Assembly: GCA_965369655.1 (NCBI GenBank)
Contig: CBDUQR010000001.1
Span: 1-64,000 of the forward strand
Origin: an uncultured bacterium
Lineage (GTDB): Bacteria > Zixibacteria > MSB-5A5 > JAABVY01 > JAHJOQ01
Length of the DNA stretch: 64,000 nt
Reading direction: 5' to 3'
Both the position numbers and the translations under genes were made by a program. Under the pieces are notes generated by a model. The model made no database searches and was not told the origin of the DNA. It saw only the letters and a list, made by a program, of their open reading frames with translations. This document shows, piece by piece, positions 10,442-20,273 of this stretch. Within the stretch, counting starts at the first letter, position 1, and each line of letters opens with the position of its first letter.

Positions 10442-11893
10442 TCACATCGACGCGTACTTCTCGGCTGCCCTGGTCCTGATGCATGCGTAGTTAAGCGCAT
10501 TGAGAATATTGTAATTTGCAGCCTTATTGTACATTTCCTTCGCCTTTTCCATATCGCCCTTGCCCTCGTACGCGATAGCGAGTCTGTAGAAATTATACGG
10601 GTTCTGCTGATTGGCCTTATTCAATTTCTCTATGGCCTTGTCGTATGCCTTCTGTTCGAGAGCAATCACACCTGCCAACTCGTGAGCCAATCGAATCTGA
10701 AACTGGTTCTGAGCTTTTACTACTCGGGTACGATACTTCTCGGCGTTTTCCACCGCCTTCTCCATATCGCCCAGAGCCACGTATGCCCTCGTCGAGTTGT
10801 TGAGATATGTCAGTTTTGCCTGCTCCCTGACGCCCTCGGCAAGCGACGATGTCTCCGTAATCTCCAGGGCTTTCTCAAACTTCACCAATGCCTCGTCAGG
10901 CTTGCCCGATTCGCGGAGCACATTCCCCATCAGGTTGAGGTCTGCTGCCATCGCCGACGTGTCATTGATCGCCGCCGCAATTTCAAATAATTTGTCGAGC
11001 TGTGCCAGAGCGTCATCGAAACAGCCTTCATCGACATACGCGACAGCCATCGCGGTCAACGCTGTACGCCGCTGGCCATCATCCAGCGCGGAATCGAACA
11101 TCAGCTTGAGTTCATCGCGAGCGGCGTCATGCTCGTCTTTGTAGCTAAGACACGATGCAATGCCGACATGAGAGGCGCGGAAGTCCGGGCTTATCTCAAG
11201 CGCTTTCCTGTAGTTGGTGATCGCATCGTCGAACCGGCCCATTTTCATCAGGAGTTCGGCGTAGGAGTCATGCGGATTCGGATCGTCTGGAATCAACTCG
11301 ACATATTTCTTGAACGCCTTTTCGGCTTCCTCGAATTTCCCCATGGACCTGTAGGCATACCCGAGCTGGTTATACGGTAGTGAGAAGTCGGGGGTAATCT
11401 TGACTGCCTTTTCGTACTCGGCGATCGCCAGATCATATTCCTGCTGGTCGAAATAGTGGTAGCCGAGAAGATAGTGGGCACGCTCGTCGTCCGGGTAGGT
11501 CTCGACAAGCTTTGTGTAGTGCTCGGCTTGTTTCACCGGATCGCCGTTGATGATGCCCGCCTCGAATCCGAGTATCCAGTCCCTCTCACCGCGCGAGACC
11601 TTGTCGACAAGAGCCTTTGCCTCGTCGAAGTTGTCGAGGAACGCCTTTGCGGTTGGCGCTGTTTGCGACAGATAGAGATAAGCCATCGCGAAGCCCGGAT
11701 CCTCGTCAACCGCTTTCTGGAAATGCTGGCGCGATTCCAGGTTGCGGAGCTTTTCGGCAAGATCGCGTCCTTCAAGGAAATGATCGAGTGCCTCATTTGA
11801 CGCGGTTGTCAGCGGAACTTTGCCTTCCTCGGCCACAACGGCAAGAGGCAGCATGAGCGCCGCAATCATCACGACTGCAATAATTCCTCTCAC
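10442..11893 (-). CDS. Exported tetratricopeptide-repeat protein
   Basis: Signal peptide and multiple TPRs; AGGAGG RBS before GTG 11893. Confidence 0.9.
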   Translation of the reverse strand: MRGIIAVVMIAALMLPLAVVAEEGKVPLTTASNEALDHFLEGRDLAEKLRNLESRQHFQKAVDEDPGFAMAYLYLSQTAPTAKAFLDNFDEAKALVDKVSRGERDWILGFEAGIINGDPVKQAEHYTKLVETYPDDERAHYLLGYHYFDQQEYDLAIAEYEKAVKITPDFSLPYNQLGYAYRSMGKFEEAEKAFKKYVELIPDDPNPHDSYAELLMKMGRFDDAITNYRKALEISPDFRASHVGIASCLSYKDEHDAARDELKLMFDSALDDGQRRTALTAMAVAYVDEGCFDDALAQLDKLFEIAAAINDTSAMAADLNLMGNVLRESGKPDEALVKFEKALEITETSSLAEGVREQAKLTYLNNSTRAYVALGDMEKAVENAEKYRTRVVKAQNQFQIRLAHELAGVIALEQKAYDKAIEKLNKANQQNPYNFYRLAIAYEGKGDMEKAKEMYNKAANYNILNALNYACIRTRAAEKYASM

Positions 11894-12094
11894 TTGACAC
11901 CTCCTGTGCAAGATTCATATATCCATCTTCATCGAACGCCGGCAAGCGAGAGGCTGTGCAAGATGTGGACGCCGGCTGGATAGAATCTATGGAAAATGAT
12001 GGGATTTAGCAATAGTTCTCGGAGGAAATTTGAGGAGACTGAAGATGTTTCTATTGGAGCACACTGAAGGCGGGCACTCAGCATTAGGCATCAA

Positions 12095-13369
12095 TTACTT
12101 AAATAGGATGTCATCCCAATCAAGCGGCTCGCCCTTCGACACCATGAAGACTCGTTTCTTGGCTACTCGCCTGACAATGTCGAAAACCTCTGGGACCAAG
12201 ACCAGTAAATCTGCCTTTTCAAGTCGCTTCTTATCCCCGTGGACAATGGCATTTCTTACCTTATATCCTTCCTTGATTTTGTCTCGTACTTGTAGCTTCT
12301 CCTTCTTGGAGCCACCCAAGATGTGTGCTGAATAGAGTGCTAACTTAAATTGACCGCCCCTGTCGTTTTTTGTCAGAACCATTGCCTCAAGAGCGATGAT
12401 TAGATCAAGAAGCTTGTCTTCAGGGCGTCTTCGCTCTGCAGCATACTCCAACCTTCGTAAACCGACACCAAGTTGTGTCCCATCATCAACTTGAGCAGAC
12501 ATAAGCAGATTGCATGTTTTCTGAATGTTGTTGATTTCATCAGAGTTGATTACATATTTCGGACCTGATGGTGTCCAGTTTGCCGGGTTACTGCTGGCTG
12601 ACGTTCCGCCGCCGAACCATAGATCTGTCGTGTGGAGGATTGGACCGAGTCTGATATCCCCTGCCCCGTGCAAGCGGAGCGCGAAGACTACCAACTCAAA
12701 CTTGCGGCGGATTTCGTTGTCGTAAGAAGCTTGCTTGGGAGCATCTTCGAATGAATTGGCTACCACAATATCCGTTGAGATGCTTGTTTCCAGCATTGTG
12801 GTAAGGTTGGCCACAGAATACGAATTGTGACTTGTCAGAGGGTAGTGTGTCTGTAGGATCAGAGATTCATTCCACATCTTGGAGATTGTATCATTTGTGA
12901 GGCGTCTAACCTTGATGTCTGATAACAAGTTGAAGGTTTCATCTTTCAGTTCAAGATTCTCCACGAAGGCTTGGAATGTGTGCATTACTTGATTGTTGGT
13001 GAACCACTCTTCAGCTTCTGTTACAACAGAGCCAAAGACTTGTTCATTAAACTGAGGTGCAAACTTGTTAAGCTCCAAGTATCTCCAAACAAACGTGCAC
13101 AGAAAATTAGCCGGCGTAAATAGCCAGAGTGCAGATCCGGTTCCAATCACTTTCCCCACTCGTTTTCCAATTATTGAATCAGATTTGAGTACGTGCTCTA
13201 CAATCTCTGAATCCTCGTCCCTATAAGCTGCTGATTCTGCAATCACAAGAAGTGTGTGATGGTCAAGTGATGGCTGCGACTGAGAGACATTCGCGAACTC
13301 TTGTAAAGTTCTCTTCAGTCTATCTGTGATAACTTCAATCGCTTTGTCAGAGAATTTCTCCATGATCAT
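12095..13369 (-). CDS. HEPN-domain protein, ApeA-like; putative RNase defence effector
   Basis: C-terminal LLDLIIALEAM...YKVRNAIVHG (RX4H HEPN motif); AT-richer than its neighbours. Confidence 0.75.
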   Translation of the reverse strand: MIMEKFSDKAIEVITDRLKRTLQEFANVSQSQPSLDHHTLLVIAESAAYRDEDSEIVEHVLKSDSIIGKRVGKVIGTGSALWLFTPANFLCTFVWRYLELNKFAPQFNEQVFGSVVTEAEEWFTNNQVMHTFQAFVENLELKDETFNLLSDIKVRRLTNDTISKMWNESLILQTHYPLTSHNSYSVANLTTMLETSISTDIVVANSFEDAPKQASYDNEIRRKFELVVFALRLHGAGDIRLGPILHTTDLWFGGGTSASSNPANWTPSGPKYVINSDEINNIQKTCNLLMSAQVDDGTQLGVGLRRLEYAAERRRPEDKLLDLIIALEAMVLTKNDRGGQFKLALYSAHILGGSKKEKLQVRDKIKEGYKVRNAIVHGDKKRLEKADLLVLVPEVFDIVRRVAKKRVFMVSKGEPLDWDDILFK

Positions 13370-13391
13370 ATCAACCCCAAGTTTATAGGTA

Positions 13392-13418
13392 GTAGGTCAA
13401 GCGGCCAGTCCGCTTGAC
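13392..13418 (+). repeat. GTAG REP-like hairpin
   Basis: GTAG-GTCAAGCGG-CCAGT-CCGCTTGAC. Confidence 0.65.
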
Positions 13419-13426
13419 ATCCGATG

Positions 13427-13921
13427 CTACTTGTCTTTCAACCGGGGATCGTCGCTCGACATGATGCCGTATTTCGTCAGTTCCTTGTCGAGTTGCTCGC
13501 TGTTGGGATATCGCCCGGTGAACCAGAGCCATGCGCGTCGTCCGAATGTCTGCTTCTTGAGGAATAGCTTCAGTTTCTTGTCGTACTGCTTCTCCCTGAC
13601 CTTGAGCTTGGAGTCGTGCTCCTCGATCAGCAGCAACAACCGTTCGACATTGTCGCGGTTCTCCATCAACTCTCGGAACGTGTCATAATGTTTGATGGAA
13701 AACACCGTTTGCACAATCGGCTCGAAGAAAACCATTACCTGCGATCCGATAAAACTGAGCGGTTTCGCGGTTTCGAGCGCCATTATCGCAGGCACGGCCA
13801 TGCGCCACTGCACAACTTTCTTTGCGACCTTCTCGAGGACCTCGCGCTGTTCGGGAGTCAGTTCACCCTCGGGATCGATGTCCGGTTGCGCACCCGGTAT
13901 CATGTCTTTATGACCCATCAC
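13427..13921 (-). CDS. Hypothetical protein
   Basis: 164-aa ORF with host-like composition, overlapping the upstream gene. Confidence 0.75.
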   Translation of the reverse strand: MMGHKDMIPGAQPDIDPEGELTPEQREVLEKVAKKVVQWRMAVPAIMALETAKPLSFIGSQVMVFFEPIVQTVFSIKHYDTFRELMENRDNVERLLLLIEEHDSKLKVREKQYDKKLKLFLKKQTFGRRAWLWFTGRYPNSEQLDKELTKYGIMSSDDPRLKDK

Positions 13922-14366
13922 CCACCCCCTTGATTTTCGATTCGACGAGCGCCATCACTTTGTCCCTGTCGCAATCGCCGAATCGCAGGTAGATTCCGCG
14001 GAAGTTTTCGAGCCTCGACCGAGTCGCAAATGGCGATAGCAGAACGCCGTTTTTGTCCTTGTGATATGATCTGTACTGAGACCACTCTTTCTTGATTGAT
14101 GTTATGGTATACTTAACAGCGACAAAGTCGTCGTACAGTTCGTATCGCGTCGAGAAGAAGAATCCGGACAATGATCCGATCAGGAGTAACGTACAGAACG
14201 CAGTGAAGAGAGGCCAGGGGGTCCAGGAGTATATTCCGACCGCAATCAGCGCAACGAACGCTGAAACCAGAACTGCGATCGCCGGACGTTTCTTCGCCGG
14301 ATGAATCACCCATGAGATCAGAGGTTCGGTCTGCTTTTTTTCGTCCTGCTGTTTTTCATCTATCAT
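13908..14366 (-). CDS. Membrane protein with two TM segments and a soluble C-terminal domain
   Basis: Two hydrophobic helices; TTGACA-17-TAGTTT promoter directly before ATG 14366. Confidence 0.75.
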   Translation of the reverse strand: MIDEKQQDEKKQTEPLISWVIHPAKKRPAIAVLVSAFVALIAVGIYSWTPWPLFTAFCTLLLIGSLSGFFFSTRYELYDDFVAVKYTITSIKKEWSQYRSYHKDKNGVLLSPFATRSRLENFRGIYLRFGDCDRDKVMALVESKIKGVGDGS

Positions 14367-14512
14367 CACGCGTAAACTACGCAAACAGCCTCGCTCTGTC
14401 AAACGGTTAGCGCAGCATCTCTGTTCCAATCCTGCACAAAGTGGCAGCGTATGTCTGTCATCGCTGTAAACAGGGCAGCACGGGTCGATAGCTGAAACAG
14501 AGGAGTTGCATC

Positions 14513-15352
14513 ATGCGTGTTTTTTCATTGTTTCTGATCTCGATTCTGTTGGCGTCGACCTGCTCAGCCGACGTCATCAGGTGCCATTTGTCGGATGCTA
14601 ACCATCATCCGATCGGTGACGCCCCTATCTATGTCGATTGCCGGGACAACTATTTCTTCACGGACATCGATGGCGTCGCGATGATCTACGTCGAATCGGA
14701 CTATATTGATTGCATACTCGAAGTGACGCACGCCGATTTCCTGCGCAGGAGATTTCTGGTCAAGTTGAGCGATGATAGCGACACATCAGACGTCGCAATC
14801 AGACTGACACGTCCCGGCGAGATCGAGCAAATCATCCCGGGCGACGACCTGGGTCGGTTCAGCCGTATCCAGCCGTGCGGTCCGATCTCACAATTCGAGT
14901 GTGTCGTATCGAGTAACAGCGGCGGGAATGCATTCGTAGTTCGACTCACCCCGGATCAGGACGGCGCCAGAGTCGGATTCATGCTCACGCTCGATGCTGG
15001 CGAAATCGAAGCAATCGGCTCGGAGAATGGTTATGATCTCAACTCGGCTGAGAAAGTGGTATTCTCTGCGAGATCTGTAACCGGCGCGAATGAAGCGCTA
15101 TTCATGTCGTTGATATCCGATTGTGATGCGAGCGCCGGGTCATGTCCGGCTGTGCATGCAAGGCTCACGGACGAGTACACTCGTTTCGAGATCGATCTCT
15201 CGCGCTGGAGAAGAAACAACGTGAATTCGATTCTCGGATGCATGTTGAATACAGGTCAGGACAATTTCCCTGTAGAAATCGAAATCTCAAATCTTGGTAT
15301 TTTGCACTCCGAGAGTAGATCGGTCAGTGATGCCAGCGCAATAGAGAACTAA
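14513..15352 (+). CDS. Exported hypothetical protein, possibly with a C-terminal carbohydrate-binding-like beta-sandwich
   Basis: Signal peptide, GAGGAG RBS; the GYDLNSAEKVVFSAR...LTDEYTRFEIDLS segment is only weak support for the domain. Confidence 0.6.
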   Translation: MRVFSLFLISILLASTCSADVIRCHLSDANHHPIGDAPIYVDCRDNYFFTDIDGVAMIYVESDYIDCILEVTHADFLRRRFLVKLSDDSDTSDVAIRLTRPGEIEQIIPGDDLGRFSRIQPCGPISQFECVVSSNSGGNAFVVRLTPDQDGARVGFMLTLDAGEIEAIGSENGYDLNSAEKVVFSARSVTGANEALFMSLISDCDASAGSCPAVHARLTDEYTRFEIDLSRWRRNNVNSILGCMLNTGQDNFPVEIEISNLGILHSESRSVSDASAIEN

Positions 15353-15390
15353 TCCAGTTATACTTGCGGGTGACTTGAGCGCAGGCAACC

Positions 15391-16041
15391 CTATTTGTCC
15401 TTGCGCTGGTTTGAATCAGGTGTTGAGGTTGCAGCTTCATCGTGCACCAGATTGCCAGCTTCAAGAATCGGTGCCGCCTCAATATCATCTGCTTCCATCA
15501 GATCGACGACTCGCCTAAGGGATAGTGCGATCGTTGCCTGCTCCAGTTCACTCAGCTTGCCGAGTGCCCGTGCAAGTCCGTCTTGTAGTGGCGAGGGTGC
15601 ATGGTTTGCCAGTTGCACACCGTTTTCCGTCGCAGCCACATTCACCTGTCTCCGGTCTTTCTGATCCCGAACTCGCTCGATAAGTCCCTTCTTTTCCAGC
15701 CGATCCAGAATACCCACTACAGTACTTGGACTTAGGTGAACATGGTTGGCAATTTTTGTGGCTGTCAGGGGTTCATTTTCGACAATCGCTAATAGGCACA
15801 CAAGCTGGGGACCTGTTATTTGATACTTTGACTTGAGTTTCCCGGAATATATATCAACAGCCCGGATAATCCGACGCAGCGAACGTAGAATGTGAAGATC
15901 GAATCTGTTGTGTCGCATATCACTGCCTGCACCAAACGAGTCAGAATCTTGCCTGCTGCGAGCATCAGTCATCGATTCTCGAACGACCTCTCCTGGCTCA
16001 GTATTTGATTTCTCTCTCTCAGTATCAGGAGGTTTGTCCAT
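15391..16041 (-). CDS. MarR-family regulator, CosR/EctR subfamily
   Basis: LRRIIRAVDIYS, ITGPQL, STVVGILDRLE, DRR, APSPLQ and DIEAAPILE match the CosR/EctR pattern; AAGGAG RBS before ATG 16041. Confidence 0.88.
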   Translation of the reverse strand: MDKPPDTEREKSNTEPGEVVRESMTDARSRQDSDSFGAGSDMRHNRFDLHILRSLRRIIRAVDIYSGKLKSKYQITGPQLVCLLAIVENEPLTATKIANHVHLSPSTVVGILDRLEKKGLIERVRDQKDRRQVNVAATENGVQLANHAPSPLQDGLARALGKLSELEQATIALSLRRVVDLMEADDIEAAPILEAGNLVHDEAATSTPDSNQRKDK

Positions 16042-16284
16042 CTCTTGACTCCTTAGAACAATAGTACAAAAGTGTTTCAATTAGTTTTGACAGCAATAAT
16101 TTCATAGCTAACTATATTAGGAATTATCTCAAAATGTCAAGAGAAAACAGTGGCTCGTGGACTTCAATAAACAAGGTGGCACAAGTAACTGTGTGACTAT
16201 TGCTTATGCTGTATGGACATGTGCGAAAGCCCCTGCTTCTTATCCGTTATGGTCGTCAGCACCGGTAAACAAGCAGAAAAGTCC

Positions 16285-16336
16285 TTGACAGCACACAATA
16301 ACACGATTTATTAACCTTAATATAGTTTGAATACTA
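16285..16336 (+). promoter_or_regulatory. Putative sigma70 promoter and MarR-type palindrome upstream of the GNAT operon
   Basis: TTGACA 16285-16290, AT-rich -10 near 16308-16314, palindrome TAGT-TTGAAT-ACTA at 16323-16336. Confidence 0.5.
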
Positions 16337-16441
16337 ATCATTAAACAACGTTGAAATCGTCATTTAGTGGTTTAGCCCAAACTACAAGTTCGCAGAGATG
16401 TTTTCTTATCCCAATAAGAGTGGGAGGAAAGGAAGAAGAAA

Positions 16442-16921
16442 ATGAGTGATTCGGTTCCGAATAGCAAGACATCATCAAGACTGAAAATACATGAATTACG
16501 CCGGTTTGAGGATTTTCCGTCATGGATAAGCCCAGATGAATTGGAAGTTTTCCTTCATGAGAGCCTCAAACCTTATGAGGACGCAAAGCCGGATATTAAA
16601 CAAGGTATCGCTGATGCCCTCAAGCCACAACATGGGGAAGCTGGCTTCATATTAATCGCTGAGCTTGATAAAAGGCCTATGGGAGCACTTGTCATGCTGC
16701 GGACTGGGATGAAGGGTTATGTGCCGGAGAATCTCCTGTTGTGGGTAGTAGTTACTCCCGAGGCGCGAGGAAAAGGTGTCGGTAGTCAGATTATCAAGCG
16801 TTCATTTGAACTGGCTGATGGCGATGTCAAACTTCATGTGGAATTCAACAACCCAGCAAAGCGACTTTACGAGCGATTGGGTATGGTTTGCAAATACGCT
16901 GAGATGAGGTACATCAAGTGA
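16442..16921 (+). CDS. GNAT family N-acetyltransferase
   Basis: VTPEARGKGVG acetyl-CoA motif and LHVEFNNPAKRLYERLG. Confidence 0.92.
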   Translation: MSDSVPNSKTSSRLKIHELRRFEDFPSWISPDELEVFLHESLKPYEDAKPDIKQGIADALKPQHGEAGFILIAELDKRPMGALVMLRTGMKGYVPENLLLWVVVTPEARGKGVGSQIIKRSFELADGDVKLHVEFNNPAKRLYERLGMVCKYAEMRYIK

Positions 16922-18081
16922 ATCGCGTCACGATTGACCTTCACGGACTGAAGCATAATCTCAGAATCATCAAGGGCTGGATGGAAGAACATTCTGGGAG
17001 TTGGACTGTCGTAACGAAAGTGCTTTGTGGTCATACGGATAGTTTGCGTGCCTTGCAGTTATTAGGAGTTAGGTCGATGGGAGACTCACGACTGGCCAAT
17101 CTGAAAGCTATTGACAAGATCGTTCCTAATTTTGAGTCCTGGTATTTACGGGTTTCAGATATCTCATCAGTTAAAGATGTCGCAAGTCTGGCGGATGTCA
17201 GTTTGAACAGCGAAATAGAAGTTATCAAGATTCTCAATGAGGAAGCAGAACGTTTAGACAAGATTCATAGAATCATCATCATGATTGAGCTTGGCGATTT
17301 ACGGGAAGGGATACTACCTGGATCACTGACAAGATTCTATGAACAAGTCTTTGAGTTGCCCAACATAGAGGTCATCGGTATCGGGGCAAATCTTGGCTGC
17401 CTTGCTGGTGCGGTACCGAATGTTGACCAATTCACACAGCTTGCTCTATATCGAGAGCTTCTGGAGTTGAAATTTCAGCGCAAGTTGCCATTGATTTCAG
17501 GGGGTTCCTCATCCGTCCTGCCATTATTTCTGGAGGGAGGACTTCCGAAGGCAATAAATCATTTTCGTATTGGTGAAGCGATCTTCCTGGGGACTGACCT
17601 TGTGAATGGTGGGACTCTACCCGAGCTTCGTGACGACGTGGTATTGTTGGAAGCAGAGATAGCAGAAATCAAGGAGAAGGGACTTGTGCCATTGTCGGAG
17701 ACAGCTTCCATAACGCCTTTCGAGTCAGCAGATACTGAAGAGGATCTGTCACCAGGTCAGAGAGGTTATCGGGCTTTGATAAGTGTCGGCCAATTGGACA
17801 CAGATGTAGCTGGTCTTACTCCGGTAAATCCTGAACACCGAATCGCCGGAGCGAGTAGCGACATCACCGTAGTCAATCTTGGCAGCGATGCTGGCGGGCT
17901 GAAAGTCGGAGATTCCATCAAGTTTCGAGTGAACTACTCCGCCATGCTGCATCTGATGGTTGGGAAGTACGTGGCGAAGGAAGTCACTCCGCCATTGGGT
18001 GAGTTTAAGGACATTCCCAAAACCGAGAGGCTGGAAGTCGAGCCAGCGGTTGAGATGTTGGGTGGTCAGGAGTCACAATGA
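16918..18081 (+). CDS. Fold-type III PLP amino-acid racemase (ornithine racemase/YhfX-like)
   Basis: VVTKVLCG (PLP lysine), MIELGDLREGI, NLGC, SGGSS, HFRIGEAIFLG and GASSD; 4-bp overlap with the GNAT gene. Confidence 0.88.
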   Translation: MNRVTIDLHGLKHNLRIIKGWMEEHSGSWTVVTKVLCGHTDSLRALQLLGVRSMGDSRLANLKAIDKIVPNFESWYLRVSDISSVKDVASLADVSLNSEIEVIKILNEEAERLDKIHRIIIMIELGDLREGILPGSLTRFYEQVFELPNIEVIGIGANLGCLAGAVPNVDQFTQLALYRELLELKFQRKLPLISGGSSSVLPLFLEGGLPKAINHFRIGEAIFLGTDLVNGGTLPELRDDVVLLEAEIAEIKEKGLVPLSETASITPFESADTEEDLSPGQRGYRALISVGQLDTDVAGLTPVNPEHRIAGASSDITVVNLGSDAGGLKVGDSIKFRVNYSAMLHLMVGKYVAKEVTPPLGEFKDIPKTERLEVEPAVEMLGGQESQ

Positions 18082-18114
18082 TGTCACAAAAAGCGCGCTC
18101 TTTGGCGCAGTGAA

Positions 18115-18237
18115 GTAGCGCAGGAGTGTCTCACTCCTGTGGATTATCCGCATGACATTTCCTCTATACGTCAAGCGGACAGTCTTGTAGCTCATGCCTG
18201 TTTGCGGAGTCCTGAGTTTGACGAAGGGAGGCATGAG
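18115..18237 (+). repeat. Two GTAG REP-like hairpins
   Basis: GTAGCGCAGGAGTG-TCT-CACTCCTGTG at 18115-18141; GTAG-CTCATGCC...GGCATGAG at 18187-18237. Confidence 0.7.
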
Positions 18238-18360
18238 TCTTTATCTGGACAACACCAACGCGCCTGAACACTTTCATAACTTAGTAACTGGGGTTGTTGT
18301 GACATCTCAATAATCCTCACGTCCCAAGTGGACGCGAGCTACAAGACTGTGAGATTAGGG

Positions 18361-20202
18361 ATGGATGACAGACTGATTCTCTGGGTTATCGTGATCGGCT
18401 ACATGCTCTTTATCTTTCTCAAGGGAATGTCGAAAGTCAGAAAGATAGGGTCTACTGATGATTTTCTCGTAGCTGGTCGAAATGTCAGATGGTTCCTTCT
18501 GTTTTGCACGATGGGGGCAACCGCTATAGGTGGTGGCTACTCGATTGGCGCTATCGGGAAGACATATGAATGGGGCATCCTTATGCTCCTGGTTTCCACT
18601 GGCGGTTATCTCCACTTTATTTTTTCCGGCTTGGTGGTGGCACCACAATTCCGCGAGGCTAAACTTTACACGGTAGCCGGTTATTTTGGTCATCGTTTTG
18701 GTGAGGGTCCTCGTTTCCTGGTGATGGTTTTGTCGCTTCTGTTTTCAGTTTTCATCGTCGCGGCGCAGATGGCAGCTTTCGGCACTGTGGCTGCCGCAAT
18801 CCTACCTGAACTGGCTGACGCCAGCCACATGCTTAGATGGGCGATTCTGATAGGTGGGGTGATGGTTGTCATCTATAGTACGGCTGGCGGTCTGATAGCT
18901 GTGATTCATACAGACTTTTTTCAATTCATTGTTCTGTTGATCGGATTTGTGGTTACTCTGGCATTTTGTATACCTGATATTGCTGACTCCTATAACTCCG
19001 ACACAGGTAAATTCGTTCCCGCCCGTTTCGGTTCTATCGACTTCCGCCAACCGGAGATTCTGGCGCAGAAGGTACGGGGATCACCAGATTCTCTCTCCAA
19101 TTACATTCGTTCGCAGATGAGTGAGGAAAATCTGGCACTACTGGAGAGCATTGCGCAGGGTGATGAGGATGTGGAGAAAAAGCGTGCCATGGCCGCTGCT
19201 CTCAACTCGTTATTGGATCAACCACACCTGTATAGGTCTGAACGCTTCATGCATGTTCAGATCACTCCTCAGACTCAGAAGCTGCTCGCAAAGGAGGTCG
19301 AGGGCAGGGAACTGCGACGCATGAATCTGTCGTTACTCCAGGACGCCTATCCCAGCGAAATCACTCGCAACCGGGATATCTCTGCGGATTTCTTCAAGTT
19401 GGAAGGTGGCAAGGGTTGGATATTCCTGCTAACCACATTTCTGGCGTTTCTATTTGGAGAAACATTTGCTCCCGGTTACGCGACCCGTTACTGTGTTGGA
19501 AAAGACGTGAGGAACACACGAATTGGAATTGCCGGAGTCGGATTCTTCCTTGCAATAACTTTTCCGGTGATACTTTTCTTCATTGCTCTTTTTGCTCGCA
19601 TCCAATTTCCGGATATCGATCCTCAACAGGCGCTACCTATGGTTATTGATCAACTTCACAATCCGGTCATCGGTGGGCTAATGATTGGAGCACTTCTTAT
19701 GGCTGTGATGTCATCCGCCGATTCAGCGTTAAATTCCTCTACTGCTATTTTTGTCAAAGACCTTTTCGAACATCAATTTGGCTGGAAAGATAATAACGAT
19801 GGCAAAATGCTCAGGTTAGCCAGAATATGCACTGCTACACTCGGGATCACCGCAATTCTCGTAGCTGTTCTCTGGTCGGACATAATAGGCTTATTGTTGT
19901 TTACGTACCATGTTTGGGCGCCGGCAATAATACTACCTGTTTGTGTTGGCGCACTCTGGAAAAAACGTTCCAGGGCACTTAACAGGAACATCTTCATCAC
20001 TATGATAGCAGCAACAGTTCTTACCTTACTCTATCGCGCGCTCTTATTTCTGAAAAGCAAACTAGAGTGGACACTTTTTGATAAAAGTACTTACCAGTTT
20101 ATGGATCGCTTTGACCCAGCAGTATTCGGTGTTTTTGTTTCTTGTGTAGTCTTTATGTTGCTGCTGTTGTTCGCGCGAGCATTACCGAAGAAACAGGAGT
20201 GA
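18361..20202 (+). CDS. Sodium:solute symporter (SSS) with a large soluble insertion
   Basis: DDFLVAGR, YSTAGGLIAVIHTDFFQ and AVMSSADSALNS motifs; about 13 TM segments. Confidence 0.92.
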   Translation: MDDRLILWVIVIGYMLFIFLKGMSKVRKIGSTDDFLVAGRNVRWFLLFCTMGATAIGGGYSIGAIGKTYEWGILMLLVSTGGYLHFIFSGLVVAPQFREAKLYTVAGYFGHRFGEGPRFLVMVLSLLFSVFIVAAQMAAFGTVAAAILPELADASHMLRWAILIGGVMVVIYSTAGGLIAVIHTDFFQFIVLLIGFVVTLAFCIPDIADSYNSDTGKFVPARFGSIDFRQPEILAQKVRGSPDSLSNYIRSQMSEENLALLESIAQGDEDVEKKRAMAAALNSLLDQPHLYRSERFMHVQITPQTQKLLAKEVEGRELRRMNLSLLQDAYPSEITRNRDISADFFKLEGGKGWIFLLTTFLAFLFGETFAPGYATRYCVGKDVRNTRIGIAGVGFFLAITFPVILFFIALFARIQFPDIDPQQALPMVIDQLHNPVIGGLMIGALLMAVMSSADSALNSSTAIFVKDLFEHQFGWKDNNDGKMLRLARICTATLGITAILVAVLWSDIIGLLLFTYHVWAPAIILPVCVGALWKKRSRALNRNIFITMIAATVLTLLYRALLFLKSKLEWTLFDKSTYQFMDRFDPAVFGVFVSCVVFMLLLLFARALPKKQE

Positions 20203-20273
20203 GTAATCGACAGGTCATGCTGAATACACTGTACAATGTGCTGGGTATGAGAGCAAAGTTCCAGCAATCCGTA

